Assembly: GCA_000503875.1 (NCBI GenBank)
Contig: CP006913.1
Coordinates: forward strand, 180,001 to 212,000
Source of the DNA: Candidatus Saccharimonadota bacterium
GTDB taxonomy: Bacteria; Patescibacteriota; Gracilibacteria; Absconditabacterales; Absconditicoccaceae
Length of the DNA: 32,000 nucleotides
Direction of reading: 5' to 3'
Shown here: positions 29,998 to 32,000 of the stretch, one piece after another
Position numbering within the stretch: position 1 is the stretch's first letter
Layout: each line of letters opens with the position of its first letter
Notes under the pieces: model-generated
The model's database searches: none
Told to the model about the DNA's origin: nothing
What the model saw: the letters and a program-made list of their open reading frames with translations, nothing else
Position numbers and translations under genes: made by a program

Positions 29998-30768
29998 ATG
30001 CGTTATCTCATTATGTTGCTTATGCTTTTTACATTTCTTTTCGGGTCAGTAAGTTTTGCTCATCCTGGTAGAACAGCGTCAGATGGATGTCATTATTGTA
30101 GAACTAATTGTGATTCTTGGTGAGTGGCTTGGAATCAAAGACATTGTCATTGAGGTTCAACAACGCCTAGCTATACACCTCCGCCTGTTTATCAACCAAC
30201 GCCAACTGAGAAATGTCAATCGTCATACTGATCAAACTCCTATTATAATTCTACTTCTAACTCTTGTGATTGTAACTATTGATATGAGCTAAACTCAGCT
30301 AAAACCTATTGTGTAATAGAAAAGACTAAAACACCAACAGAGGAATGTAAAGAAACATATTGATCAAACTCCTATTATGATACCACATCTGATGTTTGTA
30401 AGTGTGTATCTTGATATGAGCTAAACTCAACCAAAACTTCTTGTGTAATAGAAAAGGAATGTAAAGAAATATATTGATCAAACTCCTATTATGATAGTAC
30501 ATCTAATGCTTGTGAGTGTATATATAGATATGAACGAGATTCAGCTAAAAAAGATTGCATTAAATCGAAGATAATTGAAGAAAAAGCTAAGACACCTACT
30601 GAAAAGTGTCAAGATAAATATTGATTAAACTCTTATTGATTAGAGAGCACTGATTGATTAGATGATTGTTATTGTAAGAATTGATATCAATGGTCTTTAA
30701 ATAATACTAGTTGTGTTCTTAAAAAGAAGAAAACACGATGGAATTATATAAAAGATTTTTTTAATTAA
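29998..30768 (+). CDS. secreted YHYH-like N-terminal domain protein with four Cys-rich tandem repeats (256 aa)
   Basis: Signal peptide MRYLIMLLMLFTFLFGSVSFA. HPGRTASDGCHYCRTNCDSWGV..HCHGG. Four repeats of the type C.(E/Q)xYGSNSYYxxTSxxCxCxxGYELNSxKxxC. 11 sense TGAs. Confidence 0.7.
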
Positions 30769-30770
30769 AC

Positions 30771-30869
30771 ATTTATAAAACATTACTTACTCGCTGAATA
30801 TTATGAACATATGTATATATAGTTGATAAAGATTTGAGAGAATATTTTAAAGGAAAAATCCAGAAGTAA
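30771..30869 (+). repeat. 99-bp direct repeat, copy 2 (orphan DUF2075 3'-end fragment)
   Basis: Begins 2 nt after the stop of the 29998 gene. In this copy the TAG of copy 1 is CAG. Confidence 0.9.
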
Positions 30870-30894
30870 AATTTTAATATATTATAAATGAATA

Positions 30895-31242
30895 ATGAGT
30901 CTAAAACGGAAATTAACCCTGTCTTGATGTTTAACATTATTTAGTACAATAGCATTAAGCGTGTGAGCTACTTATTTCTCCTGAATTGATAAGTATTATC
31001 GACTTTTTATTTTATGAATTGTTTTTTGAACTGTTCAGATCTTGTTAAGTATTTTTCATAAAACAATAGAAGAAGAGTGGTATGAACAAGAAAAAAATAA
31101 TCATGCTGCAGTTAGAAGAAAAGAATGATATATGTCCGAACTAGAAGGAGCTTGCTTATATTGAGCAACAGAAGCAATAAAAAAATGAGATTTAGATGAA
31201 GCAAAAAAACTGAGCGATTTAAAGAATAGCTTTTTAAAATAA
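30895..31242 (+). CDS. small membrane protein, hypothetical (115 aa)
   Basis: ATG..TAA is open only with 8 sense TGAs. Two hydrophobic segments followed by a charged helical tail. Confidence 0.45.
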
Positions 31243-31270
31243 ATCTTTTATAAATATTATTGAAATTATA

Positions 31271-32000
31271 ATGAAAATAAGATATTTAGAAAAATTTGAA
31301 AAATCTTTTGAAAATATATTTGGTAAAAATATAGAGATTTTGAATAAAATTGAAAAGTTATGAGCAGAATATTTATTGTCTGTATCGAAACTTATAGATA
31401 AGAACAAACAAATATATATGTGTACATTAATTCCATGAACTAGATTGTTTTTTTATAAAAAAGAACATAGTATCATTTTATTAGACATTATTTCTATAGA
31501 CAAGGATAAAAAAATAGATTTTTTAGAAAAGAATGTGGTTAAAGAAACAAAAAGAAAAAAAATAAATAGAATAATAATGTTTATTTTATTTGTTTTGTTA
31601 ATAATAGTTATAATAGAGGGATCAAACCAACTTTCCGAAGTATATAAACAAAATGCAATAATCAAGAATGATTTATGATTAGTAGATTGACAACTTAGCA
31701 ATGAAGAGAAAAATATAATTACCGATAATGGTTTTTTTACATGAAATAATTATTCTAATTATACATGATCTATGTTTATAAGAGATGATAATACATGTGA
31801 TTTATTATATTCATGAGATTATAAAGAACTTATAATACGAGAAAATTTTAATACGCCTTCATTAGAAACATTGAGATCTACAGATTGATATCTTTCATAT
31901 TCTAAAGAATTTGAAATTCCTAAGTGAATAGAAAAAGCTTGGTTATGTATAGAATCAGATTTTAATGAAATAGGAAATTCTAAAAAGAATTATGCAACAA
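31271..32000 (+). CDS. hypothetical protein, partial (runs off the right edge)
   Basis: In frame with ORF 31445..31678, with 9 sense TGAs. The N-terminal ~70 aa weakly resemble a RelE/ParE-like fold (..RLFFYKKEHSIILLDIIS..). A TM segment IIMFILFVLLIIVII follows, then a further domain. Confidence 0.5.

Noticed and set aside
29426-30292. ORF-track ORFs 29426..29620, 29478..29672 and 30056..30292.
   Set aside because: They are out of frame with the DUF2075 and YHYH reading frames, which carry recognisable motifs and internal repeats when TGA is read as Gly.
1-32000. Alternative explanations for the in-frame TGAs: UGA=Trp (code 4, Mycoplasma-like), selenocysteine, or widespread pseudogenisation.
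   Set aside because: The UGAs fall on conserved Gly positions (P-loops, ATGA of TrxR, ETLG of P-type ATPases), not Trp positions, and Trp is supplied by TGG. There are hundreds of UGAs, none in redox-active Cys/Sec positions (CAVCDG and WCGPC use TGT/TGC). The fragments always remain in frame with intact motifs, which mass pseudogenisation would not produce.

Overview
AT-rich bacterial window in which in-frame TGA is a sense codon. Nearly every recognisable gene (trxB, murF, P-type ATPase, corA, AI-2E permease, DUF1015, DUF2075 and others) is split into pieces in the standard-code ORF track. Each becomes one full-length ORF when TGA is read through. Several TGAs fall on universally conserved glycines, which indicates genetic code 25 (UGA=Gly), as used by Gracilibacteria (BD1-5) and Absconditabacteria (SR1) of the CPR. 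All CDS coordinates below were re-derived by hand under that code, with only TAA and TAG as stops, and anchored to ORF-track frames where possible. Hand-derived ends could be off by a codon. Contents, left to right: two hypothetical genes; a tRNA-Ser/tRNA-Met locus inside an odd ~105-nt tandem array of tRNA-derived units; rpmG and rpsP; small membrane proteins; a ferredoxin; a 1003-aa secreted thrombospondin-type-3-repeat surface protein; an HD phosphohydrolase; a UvrB C-terminal-only ORF; murF, an AI-2E permease, rnpA and a PrgI-like protein; trxB and trxA; a 502-aa coiled-coil protein; an ion-homeostasis cluster (CBS protein, CaCA antiporter, P-type Ca-ATPase, CorA); and an accessory region (23-32 kb). 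The accessory region holds a GC-rich structured element between 29-bp direct repeats, and three dispersed paralogs of an uncharacterised small KGPD-motif protein with conserved promoter and 5'UTR. It also holds DUF1015, a MazG-like pyrophosphohydrolase next to a GIY-YIG/DUF2075 P-loop protein (candidate defence pair), and a secreted YHYH/Cys-repeat gene bracketed by a 99-bp duplication of the DUF2075 3' end. The segment from 28.4 to 32 kb uses UGA for most of its glycines. No database search or RNA folding could be run, so all family calls rest on motif recognition.
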